Positions 10,552-19,677 of a stretch of DNA of 64,000 nucleotides are shown in pieces. A model generated the notes under the pieces. It did not search any database. It saw only the letters and a list, made by a program, of their open reading frames with translations, and had not been told where the DNA came from. The stretch's first letter is position 1, and each line of letters starts with the position of its first letter. Where the stretch lies: the NCBI GenBank assembly GCA_048270185.1, contig JBLWTJ010000002.1:256001-320000 (forward strand), in the 5' to 3' direction. Made by a program: the position numbers and the translations under genes. The DNA is from Bacteriovoracaceae bacterium. GTDB lineage: Bacteria > Bdellovibrionota > Bacteriovoracia > Bacteriovoracales > Bacteriovoracaceae.

Positions 10552-11020
10552 ATATCGTTAGACTAAGAAAGAAAACTTGCTTATTAAGATCTCCTGGTAA
10601 CTCAAAAGGTATCGTAACAGTTCGAGGGCCAGTAATTCGATCATTCATAATATCATCACCAACGAGAACAACTGGTGTTGTACGCTCGACAGTAAGACCA
10701 GTTAATTTGTTAATATCGGCCTTTGCTTGACCAAGAACCATATTCACAAACTCACCTGCAGAGTCTGATACTTCTTCATTTAAATTTTCTAGATTCTCTG
10801 AGAACATTTTATTGTATATTGAGAGGAAGCTAGAAGAAGTAAAGCAAAGAGCAAGCTCTCCTTTGATCTTTTCACTATCGATATTAATTAATCCGACAAT
10901 ATCAATCACATCTTTAAATTCAAAATTAGGATGAACTTCACCGGCCGTTAAAGGTATATTTAATTGTTTTTTAAATACCTCTAGTAAGGCGTTTAGAAAT
11001 GGTTCAATAAGCTCCATCAA
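10544..11020 (-). CDS. cheX: CheX-like chemotaxis phosphatase
   Basis: IEPFLNA, DSAGEFVNMVLGQAK (ExxN), TPVVLVG. Confidence 0.85.
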   Translation of the reverse strand: MMELIEPFLNALLEVFKKQLNIPLTAGEVHPNFEFKDVIDIVGLINIDSEKIKGELALCFTSSSFLSIYNKMFSENLENLNEEVSDSAGEFVNMVLGQAKADINKLTGLTVERTTPVVLVGDDIMNDRITGPRTVTIPFELPGDLNKQVFFLSLTIFE

Positions 11021-11269
11021 CTCTCTCCAATTTTTCCAACTAAACTAATTGTAGTTGTGAAATCAAATTCGTACAAATGAAGCCCCATTTTGCCATTAGT
11101 TTGGCACATAAAACCAACTTTCTCGCTCAAATACTAACCCCTCATAATTACGTCTAAAACCCTATCTTTCATCAATAAAATACAAGTATTTATTGATATA
11201 TTTATCATTTAAACACGCAAAAAAATGGGCGGTCGACAAGATCTTTTTTAGGCGCTTTTTAATTTATAG

Positions 11270-11896
11270 CTACCATAGAAGTCTGACTGAATAAGGTCTT
11301 CTGTAAGGGAGAATATCAAAGTATTTATCTTGTAAGACTTTTTCAAGTCCTCTATTAATTTCTTGAGGTGTATATATTCCATTTCGTGCTTTATCGATGG
11401 CACGGGAAGAAATATCTGTTGCTTTGATCTTAAATGTTACATTTGGATTCAAAAGCTTAAATCCTTCTAAAGTAAAAAGAACTGAATAAATTTCTTGTCC
11501 ACATGAACAGGCCATGGACCAAATATGTATTTCTTTCTTTTCACCATTTACATTTTAAAGGAAAGGTAAAATTTTTGTTTCAAGATCTGCACTGAGATGT
11601 TCCTTAATTGTATCAATTCCATTAATGAAGTAATTGGCCTCTTCACAACCCAATTTACTGGCACCTTTGAAACTCATAAAACGAGTTTCAAGATCATGGA
11701 CCACGTCTTGAAGCTGCGCTAGACCAAGCATTCCCGATGAACCTTTAATATTGTGAAAAGTTCTAAAGATTTGATCATAATGAATACCTAAGTCTTCACC
11801 TTCTTCAATTTTTAAAAAGGACTCTTCGGCCAGATCAATTAGCTCCATCGAATCATCCACAAACTCTAAATAAAATTTCTCCATCTCATTTTGCAT
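11270..11896 (-). pseudogene. degenerate Hpt (CheA P1-like)/CheR fusion with in-frame stop and truncated C-terminus
   Basis: Hpt motif IFRTFHNIKGSSGMLG; the frame continues through TAA (11555-11557) into KEIHIWSMACSCGQEIYS..ATDIS..A..GIY (CheR core), then stops at 11270 before the CRNV motif. Confidence 0.75.
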
Positions 11897-11903
11897 GGAG
11901 GAA

Positions 11904-11930
11904 TTATCGGGGAAGAGATCATTATCCTTA
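11904..11930 (-). promoter_or_regulatory. putative sigma28 promoter of the Hpt-cheR-cheX remnant
   Basis: TAAG-N15-CCCGATAA, 7 nt before ATG 11896. Confidence 0.65.
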
Positions 11931-12271
11931 AACCTTCTTGAGATAAGAATTAGACATTTCACTTTTTAAAAGAAAAATCGAGATTATAAAACAGGACAAG
12001 ATAAGCAACTAAAAATACACAAGAAAGCTATACAATATTTAGATACAATCGCAAGAGCAATCTAAAATCTTTATGACATTTATCATAAAAAGAATATATT
12101 TACCATGATCCAACATATCAGTTTCAGTAACTTACACCGTATAACTGCGCTTTACCTAAAGGCAAAATTTCTTATTTTTTACTTAACGACATTTAAGATA
12201 ATTAGACAGATTTTAAGGAAAAAGTTTTAATAGATGAACGTAGAATATTTATTAAAGTAAAGGATATTTGT

Positions 12272-12979
12272 ATGAAAAATTACGTATTATTATTGGCACT
12301 TGCCTCTATTTTTGCTCAGACATCATGGGCCCAATTTAAATCTGAAGATGAAATCACTTTTATCTCAACTGGTGGAAACTCAAATCAAGATAGCTATAAT
12401 TTTGCTACTCGAAATTCTTATAAGTGGACTAAGAATACATTAACTTTAAATGGAGATTATTCTTATGGAAAGTCAGACGGAACAGTTGATGTGGACAACT
12501 GGTCTGCAACTTTAAGATTTGATCATGACTTATCTGCCAAGCTTGATATTTTTGCAGCAGACTACTATGAGTCTGATCGTTTTAAAGGCTTTTGGTCACG
12601 AAACAACTATGACCTTGGCCTAAAGTATAAGTTTTATGATGAAGATAAGTTTAAATTCTTTATTGAAGTTGGTTACCGTTATACAGAAGTTAACAAAGTT
12701 CAAGACGAGCCTAATACATATGAGCAGAAGTTACGTTTCTACACAGAGCTTGAAAAAGATTTGAAAGAAGGAATTTCAGCACGATTCTGGCTTGAGTATA
12801 TCCCAAGCTTAGAACGTAGTGATAATTATATCGTGAAAATGGAACCATCTATTCGTATGCTGATTAACAAAACTTTCTCTTTAAAGTCAGGAATTCTATG
12901 GGAGTATGAAAATCTTCCACTTGATGGAAAAGATCAACACGATTACAAAATAACAACAAGTTTATTAGCTAATTTTTAA
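12272..12979 (+). CDS. DUF481/YdiY-like outer-membrane beta-barrel protein
   Basis: signal peptide, STGGNS, YESDRFKG, alternating beta pattern, terminal Phe. Confidence 0.8.
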   Translation: MKNYVLLLALASIFAQTSWAQFKSEDEITFISTGGNSNQDSYNFATRNSYKWTKNTLTLNGDYSYGKSDGTVDVDNWSATLRFDHDLSAKLDIFAADYYESDRFKGFWSRNNYDLGLKYKFYDEDKFKFFIEVGYRYTEVNKVQDEPNTYEQKLRFYTELEKDLKEGISARFWLEYIPSLERSDNYIVKMEPSIRMLINKTFSLKSGILWEYENLPLDGKDQHDYKITTSLLANF

Positions 12980-12993
12980 TTAACGGAGAATAA

Positions 12994-13821
12994 ATGAAAG
13001 ATATATTTAGCCAAAAGAACCTTGATAGTTTTCAAAAAATGGCCATTGAATACGGATTAACAACTGTTAAAGTAATTATTGTTCTATTTGTTGGTTTAAA
13101 GATCATCAATGTCCTAACAAATCTAGTCAATAAGGCAATGGAGAAGAAAGGAGTTGATCACTCACTTAAATTATTCCTTTCAACAATTGTAAGTGTTGCT
13201 CTAAAAATCGGACTCTTCATTTCAATCATTGGAATGGTTGGTATCAAAACGACAAGCTTTGTTGCACTTCTCGGTGCTGCAGGTCTAGCCTTCGGTATGT
13301 CACTTCAAGGGGCACTCGGAAACCTTGCCGGTGGAGTATTAATACTTTTCTTTAGACCATTTAAAATTGGTAATGTCATTGAGGCCCAAGGATATATTGG
13401 TAAAGTAAAACAAATTGGACTTTTTGCGACAATGCTAAACACTCCGGATAATAAAACAGTTATTCTACCAAATGGATCACTTTCTTCGGGAAGTATTGTT
13501 AATTACTCTGCTGAGAAAACAAGACGTGTGGATTTAATTTTTGGTATCGGCTATGGTGATGATCTAAAGAAGGCCAAGGAAATCCTAACGAATATCACAA
13601 AGAACCATCCTAAGGTTCTTAGTGAGCCTGAAACAACGATTGCAGTACACGCACTAGCAGATAGCTCTGTTAACTTTGCCGTAAGGCCATGGGTTAAGTC
13701 AGAAGACTATTGGGATGTTTATTTTGAGTTAACAGAAGCTGTAAAGTTAACTTTTGATGAGCAAGGAATTTCAATTCCATTCCCACAAAGAGATGTTCAT
13801 CTTTATCAAGAATCTAAATAA
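12994..13821 (+). CDS. mscS: small-conductance mechanosensitive channel MscS
   Basis: TTSFVALLGAAGLAFGMSLQGALGNLAGG, RPFKIG, LADSSVNF, ISIPFPQRDVH. Confidence 0.93.
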   Translation: MKDIFSQKNLDSFQKMAIEYGLTTVKVIIVLFVGLKIINVLTNLVNKAMEKKGVDHSLKLFLSTIVSVALKIGLFISIIGMVGIKTTSFVALLGAAGLAFGMSLQGALGNLAGGVLILFFRPFKIGNVIEAQGYIGKVKQIGLFATMLNTPDNKTVILPNGSLSSGSIVNYSAEKTRRVDLIFGIGYGDDLKKAKEILTNITKNHPKVLSEPETTIAVHALADSSVNFAVRPWVKSEDYWDVYFELTEAVKLTFDEQGISIPFPQRDVHLYQESK

Positions 13822-13829
13822 GTGATTTG

Positions 13830-13857
13830 GTTCTAGGGGCAACCCTAGAACTTCTTT
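13830..13857. terminator. intrinsic terminator-like hairpin between convergent genes
   Basis: GTTCTAGGG-GCAA-CCCTAGAAC, perfect 9-bp stem with GNRA loop, followed by TTCTTT. Confidence 0.65.
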
Positions 13858-15233
13858 GCAAATCCAATCCCAATATAGTGTTGTAGATCGAGATTATCTG
13901 AAATAGGTGATTTACCATATAATTCATAGGCCCTTGAACTAGTGTCATCTTCAACACCAACTCCGACCTTTAGGTATACTGAAGATGTTCCTTTTCGAAA
14001 GAAATTAGCACGAGTTTCAACACCATATTTATGATTGACTTCATCTTTAGCTGTGTACTGGCCATCATAATAGAATCTTGTCTCCATTGCCGGAAATTTT
14101 ATATTCTTATCTTTATCATTAATTTTAATATTTAAACTACCTCCATATGAAACGTAATTTCCATTACCTCCAAGGTAAGAAATTTGCGCCCCCGCATAGA
14201 CATTGGAAGATAGAGATACTTTCTTATCTGGATCTGTTAAATTTGTAATTCTTCCAATTTTAAAATTTGCACGTGGAATTATAGCTCGATCCATATGTTC
14301 ATAGTTTCGATATTGAATTGTTCCAACACCCTTAAAGGCCTTATGCCATTTCTCTTGAGTGGCCAATGCAAAGCCCTTGTCATCCTTTACCGTTACACCT
14401 GCACCGAATTGTACATAAGACTTCTTATCATCACCTATTTTTCTAAGTACTTTAATATCATAATCATCTTTATTAAGCCCTTCCTGGTTCCAAGTCCCAT
14501 CAGAGTTCTGATAACAAAGTTGTTGATATGTAGCTCCTGATATACTCGTTGTACCACAAGGTTTGGCCACAAGCTTCGTATAGGCTTTAGATCCATAACT
14601 TAGAAGTACTTCTCCATTTTCAAATTTTAATTTACCAGAATATTTAAACCCAACAGTAAGGCCACGATCGTCACCTTCGATACCATCTGTTTCTCTAAAA
14701 TTAGTTAGTCCAGTGGCCATGAGTCCTCCATGAAGAGGATTATCATTATTGGAGTTAATTTCAAGCTCCATTCCTTCAAGCTCTCCAAGACCTAGAAGAC
14801 CGTCTCTCTTTTCATCAAGCTTAGGCATTTCGATATCCACAATAAAGTCAGGACTTTCTTCTCCCATTGAAATTGGAGATGGGCCACAATCATGGTTTTC
14901 ACTTTCATTAATTTTTGCCATCTCATAAAGAGAAGACTTTAAAATCTCCTCCGGTGCAGGAGCCGAAATAGCGTAAGTGTCCTTGATTTGAATTAAACGT
15001 TTTTCTAACTCTCCTCGATCTTCTCGTGGAATATTTGAAAATTTCTCAAGAATAAGATCATTGTAGCGAAAGCGCTCATAGAACTTTGTGGACTTTCTAT
15101 CTTGATATGTGAATCTATCTTCCTCTCGATCATAACTAACTGTGATATCACGATTACGGTAAATAACACCTGTTTCCTGTGCCATCACTGAAAGCGAAAA
15201 AATGAAGATGAATATCCTTAAGAGAATTCTCAT
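13845..15233 (-). CDS. secreted protein with C-terminal outer-membrane beta-barrel (possibly LpxR-like)
   Basis: signal peptide; C-terminal HYIGIGFAKKF beta-signal; NND...DDRGLT.G and QEKWH segments. Confidence 0.55.
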   Translation of the reverse strand: MRILLRIFIFIFSLSVMAQETGVIYRNRDITVSYDREEDRFTYQDRKSTKFYERFRYNDLILEKFSNIPREDRGELEKRLIQIKDTYAISAPAPEEILKSSLYEMAKINESENHDCGPSPISMGEESPDFIVDIEMPKLDEKRDGLLGLGELEGMELEINSNNDNPLHGGLMATGLTNFRETDGIEGDDRGLTVGFKYSGKLKFENGEVLLSYGSKAYTKLVAKPCGTTSISGATYQQLCYQNSDGTWNQEGLNKDDYDIKVLRKIGDDKKSYVQFGAGVTVKDDKGFALATQEKWHKAFKGVGTIQYRNYEHMDRAIIPRANFKIGRITNLTDPDKKVSLSSNVYAGAQISYLGGNGNYVSYGGSLNIKINDKDKNIKFPAMETRFYYDGQYTAKDEVNHKYGVETRANFFRKGTSSVYLKVGVGVEDDTSSRAYELYGKSPISDNLDLQHYIGIGFAKKF

Positions 15234-15240
15234 AGTAATC

Positions 15241-15268
15241 TAATCGGTTAATCAGTAAATTTTCCTTA
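15241..15268 (-). promoter_or_regulatory. putative sigma28 promoter
   Basis: TAAG-N16-ACCGATTA, 7 nt before ATG 15233. Confidence 0.55.
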
Positions 15269-15321
15269 TATTATTTATAGTATTCGTTTCATTTCATATA
15301 GTTAGCATGTTATAAGAAGGG

Positions 15322-16011
15322 GTGAAGAAAAAGAAAATCCAAGTCTTGTTTGAAGACGAACACTATATTGCGGCCACAAAGCCATCAGACCTCCTCGTCC
15401 ATCCATTTCAGGCCAGAAGCCAGGATCGACGAAGTTTAATGCGTTCTCTCAAGAAACAAACTGACCTCTACCTCTTTCCAATTCATCGTCTTGATAAACC
15501 AGTTTCTGGTGTTGTTCTCTTTGCTAAATCTAAAGAAGCAACAAGACTTATGAAAGAGCAGTGGAATAGCGAAAATGTTTCAAAGCACTACGTTGCCATG
15601 GTGAAAGGTCAAATTGATGATGAAGGTGTTTTTGATTTTCCTATCAAGACAGATAAGGGATTACAAGAAGCTCGAACTGAGTATAAGTGTCTAGCCAAGA
15701 ATGAAGAGTATAGTCTTGCTGATATTGAAATCTTCACAGGCCGCCAACATCAAATTAGAAAACATTTTTCTCGTCGCATGCATAATCTCGTTGGGGATGC
15801 AAAGTATGGTCACTCTTCGATCAATAATATCTTTCGAAAAGACTTTAAATTCTATCGAATCTTTCTTCACTCTTATAAACTATGCTTTAAGCATCCATTT
15901 ACAGGTGAAGATGTTACAATTGAATCGCCAGTAACAGAAGACTGCTTGGAAATCGCAGATAAGCTATTTGGATTTGATCTTAGGATTTTAACTGGGCCAG
16001 ATAACCAATGA
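15322..16011 (+). CDS. RluA-family pseudouridine synthase (TruC-like)
   Basis: KPSDLLVH, IHRLDKPVSG, TGRQHQIRKH, VGDAKYG, FLHS. Confidence 0.9.
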   Translation: MKKKKIQVLFEDEHYIAATKPSDLLVHPFQARSQDRRSLMRSLKKQTDLYLFPIHRLDKPVSGVVLFAKSKEATRLMKEQWNSENVSKHYVAMVKGQIDDEGVFDFPIKTDKGLQEARTEYKCLAKNEEYSLADIEIFTGRQHQIRKHFSRRMHNLVGDAKYGHSSINNIFRKDFKFYRIFLHSYKLCFKHPFTGEDVTIESPVTEDCLEIADKLFGFDLRILTGPDNQ

Positions 16012-16729
16012 AATTAAAGAAGTTTGACCACTGAGTTGGATCTGATATCAATTCATCATCAATTGTTTCAACTGCTTCGGCAATGGTTTCAACGTTTCTT
16101 AAATTATCAAGTAATTTAAAATTACCTTCACTTAATGTCTCAATTTGAGGAAGGCCATCTCTCTTATAAAGAAGAAGGTATTGTTGGTTTTGAATTTCAT
16201 CAAAGCTTTTATCCCCGTCACCTTTTCGCATGCGCCATAATTCAGAAATTTCAACTTCGGACTCAAAGAGATAGAAATTACGATCTAGCGAAAAAGGGGT
16301 TTCAAAAATACTCTCTCCCAATTCTTGAGGGCTAAATTTTATAGAATTATCCTTGGCATGAAAGATTGACCAAAAGCTTCTCTCAAATTCGGCCAGTGTT
16401 TTCATAAAAGAAAATTCAACCGTACGTGAAGCTAAGAAATCAGGAAAGTCATCAGCATAGTGAAGTAGATTTGTGTATTGAGATGGATGGGCCTCGACAT
16501 ATTCTTGGCCAATTCTCATAAAGTCTTCATCACCTAGAACGTACCAACAAGTCTCGTAATTTTCACCAATCACATCAAAGAGCCTAGCACGATAATCTTC
16601 TTGGTAAACTCCCATCACTTGAGTTGCATCAAGTTCACCTATTGGAACCATATCCTCTAATAATTCCTTTTCAATATCCTTAACAAGAACGCCTTTAAGA
16701 AAATGTTTTTGAAATTCTTCATGCTTCAA
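15980..16729 (-). CDS. DUF2063-type MNIO partner protein (BufC/HvfC-like)
   Basis: FQ..F...V, VYQEDYRARL..V....Y, F...Y...HPS, FPDFL, LAEFE; follows DUF692. Confidence 0.85.
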   Translation of the reverse strand: MKHEEFQKHFLKGVLVKDIEKELLEDMVPIGELDATQVMGVYQEDYRARLFDVIGENYETCWYVLGDEDFMRIGQEYVEAHPSQYTNLLHYADDFPDFLASRTVEFSFMKTLAEFERSFWSIFHAKDNSIKFSPQELGESIFETPFSLDRNFYLFESEVEISELWRMRKGDGDKSFDEIQNQQYLLLYKRDGLPQIETLSEGNFKLLDNLRNVETIAEAVETIDDELISDPTQWSNFFNFIGYLAQLKS

Positions 16730-17534
16730 GGCTTACTCCCTCAAATACAAGCTTTGATTTTGTAAGCTCTTGCTCTAAAACTGAAAATTCAGGGATATCT
16801 TCATCCCACTCTAAGAGAATTGGTACATCAAACTTATGACAATACTCCTTGAATAACTCCCAAACATCATGATGAACAGGATGTGAGTGAGTATCAAATA
16901 AGTGCGTCCCTAAGTCAGAAAAACCTGCCAAGTGAATTTGAGCGACATTCTTTGCTTCGATTGTTTCAAAGAACTCCTTTGCTTCAAATTTTTGATTAAT
17001 AGCATTAACGTAAACATTATTAAAATCTAAGAGAATTTTGCAACCAGTCTTATTGGCAAGATCATTTAAAAATTGAGCTTCAGACATTGTTGATTTCTTT
17101 GAAGTGAAATAAGCTGAAAGATTTTCAAAGGCCATTTCTCGTGCGTAAAAGTCTTGAACTTTCATCACTTTACTTGCAATGAAGTCGAGATTTTCTTTCG
17201 TGTAAGCAAATGGCAAAAGATTATGTAGATTTGAGTGAGCGTGTCCCGTCCAGCACATGTGGTCACTTGTCACAAAAGGCTCAAAATTATCATAGAGATC
17301 TTTTGCTTTTTTCATATATTCAAAGTTTAATTCTTCGCTAGAAGCGATTGAAAGTGAAACTCCATGGAAAGCAATTGGATAGTCTGCACGAATTTTTTCA
17401 AGCATCTTATAAGGCCTTCCAAAAGTTCCCATGTAGTTTTCAAGAAGGGCCTCAAACCACTCGACAGAATGGCCTGAGTTCTTTTCAAGGTATGGAAAAT
17501 GAATGTGTCTTAATCCAACTCCATACTTGTGCAT
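16719..17534 (-). CDS. multinuclear non-heme iron oxidase (DUF692/MNIO, BufB-like)
   Basis: GVGLR..H, E...ENY, HGVSLSI, SDHMCW, ENLSAY, LLD.NNVYVN, IHLAG, DTH, LLEWDEDIP. Confidence 0.95.
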   Translation of the reverse strand: MHKYGVGLRHIHFPYLEKNSGHSVEWFEALLENYMGTFGRPYKMLEKIRADYPIAFHGVSLSIASSEELNFEYMKKAKDLYDNFEPFVTSDHMCWTGHAHSNLHNLLPFAYTKENLDFIASKVMKVQDFYAREMAFENLSAYFTSKKSTMSEAQFLNDLANKTGCKILLDFNNVYVNAINQKFEAKEFFETIEAKNVAQIHLAGFSDLGTHLFDTHSHPVHHDVWELFKEYCHKFDVPILLEWDEDIPEFSVLEQELTKSKLVFEGVSLEA

Positions 17535-17824
17535 TACATTGCTACCTTTCCACCCTTAGCTTCACAATCAGATTTAGATAGCTTAACAAGTCCCTTACCT
17601 TTACAAGAGTTTTGTCCGGCACACTTAAGCTCCGCTTGGCATCCATTCTGACCACTGCATGAATCAACTTTACCGTGACAAGATCCATGACCTTTACAAG
17701 AGTTAACTCCGTAGCACATTACCTCACCAGTTTTTACCTCTGGCATTTGTTTTTCAGTCCCAGTGCATGAAATCATAAGTCCTGCTACAGCAGCTCCCAT
17801 TAGTAGTGATTTTTTTGTATTCAT
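17534..17824 (-). CDS. Cys-rich bufferin-like (BufA2-type) RiPP precursor, probable lipoprotein
   Basis: signal peptide ending LMISC; three CxGxNxC units; C-terminal C..KGG; stop overlaps the DUF692 start; SD AAGGAG. Confidence 0.85.
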   Translation of the reverse strand: MNTKKSLLMGAAVAGLMISCTGTEKQMPEVKTGEVMCYGVNSCKGHGSCHGKVDSCSGQNGCQAELKCAGQNSCKGKGLVKLSKSDCEAKGGKVAM

Positions 17825-17866
17825 AAATTCTCCTTTGGTTACTTAGCGAACCTTGTTATTTATGTC

Positions 17867-17893
17867 TTCGTTACAAATTACTTATTTGTTACA
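17867..17893 (-). promoter_or_regulatory. ECF (SigF-like) promoter of the precursor-DUF692-DUF2063 operon
   Basis: tGTAACA-N16-CGAA, matching the Caulobacter sigmaF consensus GTAACC-N16-CGAA. Confidence 0.75.
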
Positions 17894-18502
17894 TACCTTA
17901 AAAATTAATGTCACTAGCCCAGTCATCACAATCACTGGTAGAAAGTGAGCGACAATTAAATGATTAGTCGAAAATGAACATGCAAAATATAAAATAATTA
18001 AAGGAATCATAGCACTTGTCATAAGACTTGTTACTAAAGTCGTACTTTTAAATGCAAGAAAACCCTTCTTTAACATGAAATAATTATGAGCAAAACCAAT
18101 CATCATCAAAGAGATGAGCTCTATTGAACAATAAGAGCGATGCTCATGTATAGTATCAAGGCTTACTGGAAATAAATAATTAATTGCAATAGCTGCCCCA
18201 AGTAAAACAAAAGGAGTAAGCATTAACTTCTTCTTCTTTTCATTTAATAGGCCTGGAATTGTATTACTAAATCCAAGGTAGGCTCCAACAAAGAGAGATG
18301 CTGATGCTAGAATCACTTGAATAATAAATTGTGGACTTGCCACCATTGAAAGTTTTAGTGGTGAACTTAAAGTGATAGCAATAACACTTATTAATACTTG
18401 AGGGATGGCCCAAGTTAATGTGCGAACAATTGGAGCAGATAAAGGCTTTACTGGCTTTAGTTCTGCTACTAATGAATCGATTAATTTTTCATTACTTGCC
18501 AT
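17882..18502 (-). CDS. NrsF/DUF1109-like membrane anti-sigma factor
   Basis: LIDSLVAELKPV N-terminus, IPG, Cys and late His in TM segments, about 6 TM; coupled to the ECF sigma. Confidence 0.8.
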   Translation of the reverse strand: MASNEKLIDSLVAELKPVKPLSAPIVRTLTWAIPQVLISVIAITLSSPLKLSMVASPQFIIQVILASASLFVGAYLGFSNTIPGLLNEKKKKLMLTPFVLLGAAIAINYLFPVSLDTIHEHRSYCSIELISLMMIGFAHNYFMLKKGFLAFKSTTLVTSLMTSAMIPLIILYFACSFSTNHLIVAHFLPVIVMTGLVTLIFKVCNK

Positions 18503-19043
18503 GATTTCTATTCCCCACTGCTTTCTTTAATTTATTTAAGGCCCGTGAAATTCTGGTTCTTGTCGCAGACTCTGATATTCCTAACATGTCGGCAATATCT
18601 TTGGTCTGGTGGCCTTCAATCTTAGCTAAGATAAGTGGCTTTCTTAACTCTTCACTTAAGTACTTTTCTATTAGAGAATTAAGCTGATCGACGCTAGCAA
18701 GATTCTCTATATTCTTATTCGCTTCTCCTTCAAGATTTGTGACATCTTGCAAAGAAACTCCTTCTCTTTCATTTAATTTCGAATACTTACGAATATAGTC
18801 AATGATACGCCTTTCAATAATACAATTGATCCAAGGCATAATTGGACGCTCAGGGCCATAAGTGGACAGCGAAGTGTGAACACTGATCAAGATTTCTTGG
18901 CAAATATCCTCACGATGGCCCTCATTAAAGATTTTGTATGAGACAATTTTTTTAATTGTTTCAGAAATGGCCTCTAAAAAGACGCGATAAGCTTCTTGAT
19001 CGCCATTTTGAGCGAGAATAACAAGTTTCTTTAAATCGTTCAC
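18492..19043 (-). CDS. ECF RNA polymerase sigma factor (SigF-like)
   Basis: AQNGDQEAY, EDICQEILISVH, PW...I..RRIIDYIR, region 4 IADMLGISESATRTRISRAL. Confidence 0.93.
   Translation of the reverse strand: MNDLKKLVILAQNGDQEAYRVFLEAISETIKKIVSYKIFNEGHREDICQEILISVHTSLSTYGPERPIMPWINCIIERRIIDYIRKYSKLNEREGVSLQDVTNLEGEANKNIENLASVDQLNSLIEKYLSEELRKPLILAKIEGHQTKDIADMLGISESATRTRISRALNKLKKAVGNRNHGK
18718..18744 (-). promoter_or_regulatory. second ECF-type promoter inside the sigma gene
   Basis: tGTCACA-N16-CGAA, same spacing as the 17867-17893 site. Confidence 0.5.
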
Positions 19044-19097
19044 AAGGCAATTCTAACATAGTATATTTAATTCGTAACAAAAGCATGAGGTGCAAAA

Positions 19098-19358
19098 GTG
19101 AAAATTTACCATATTGTTTGGTTAATGCTTATCACACTAGCTTTCCTCTTTATCTTAACGCCAATTTTTCGTCGTAAAGAACAAGAGAAGAACGCTATTG
19201 AAAGAGAGTATTTTTCATTAATTAAGAAGGAATTAAATAGCGAAGAAATTTCGCAAGAGCTAAAGGAAGCTGCAAAGAAAATTCATCCAGCAAATAAAAT
19301 TGATACGGATGAGAAACTTGTAGCACAAATTAATCAAGATAAAATGATGATGGGGTAA
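19098..19358 (+). CDS. small membrane-anchored hypothetical protein
   Basis: N-terminal TM helix, SD GAGG, first gene of a 3-gene run. Confidence 0.6.
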   Translation: MKIYHIVWLMLITLAFLFILTPIFRRKEQEKNAIEREYFSLIKKELNSEEISQELKEAAKKIHPANKIDTDEKLVAQINQDKMMMG

Positions 19359-19362
19359 AACC

Positions 19363-19677
19363 GTGACAGATGATCAACAAGAAAACCTACTTCAACGTTT
19401 AACAAATGATATCGATGATGCTCAGTGGGATCTACTGAAACCACACCATGAAAGAGAAGCTCTGTTCATGCTTACCGATAATCTTGACCTTCCCGCAGTT
19501 GGCTTTGCCATGGCACGTGATGAAGTTGAGTATATAAAGAAATGGCTAGCCGATGAAGAGATCTTTAGACCAACTAATGAGCAAATTGAGATATGGGAAA
19601 AAGAGAATACCAAATTCCAATACCTAATTGTTCAACCATACGTATTAGTTAAAATAAAAAAAGAAGGACTCCAGTAA
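19363..19677 (+). CDS. DUF2288 family protein
   Basis: W..LKPH..R.AL, LDL..VG.A.A.D....IKKW, LIVQPYVLV. Confidence 0.8.
   Translation: MTDDQQENLLQRLTNDIDDAQWDLLKPHHEREALFMLTDNLDLPAVGFAMARDEVEYIKKWLADEEIFRPTNEQIEIWEKENTKFQYLIVQPYVLVKIKKEGLQ

Noticed and set aside
11100..11118. TTGGCAC as a sigma54 -24 box
   Set aside because: No GC at the -12 position, and it points away from cheX
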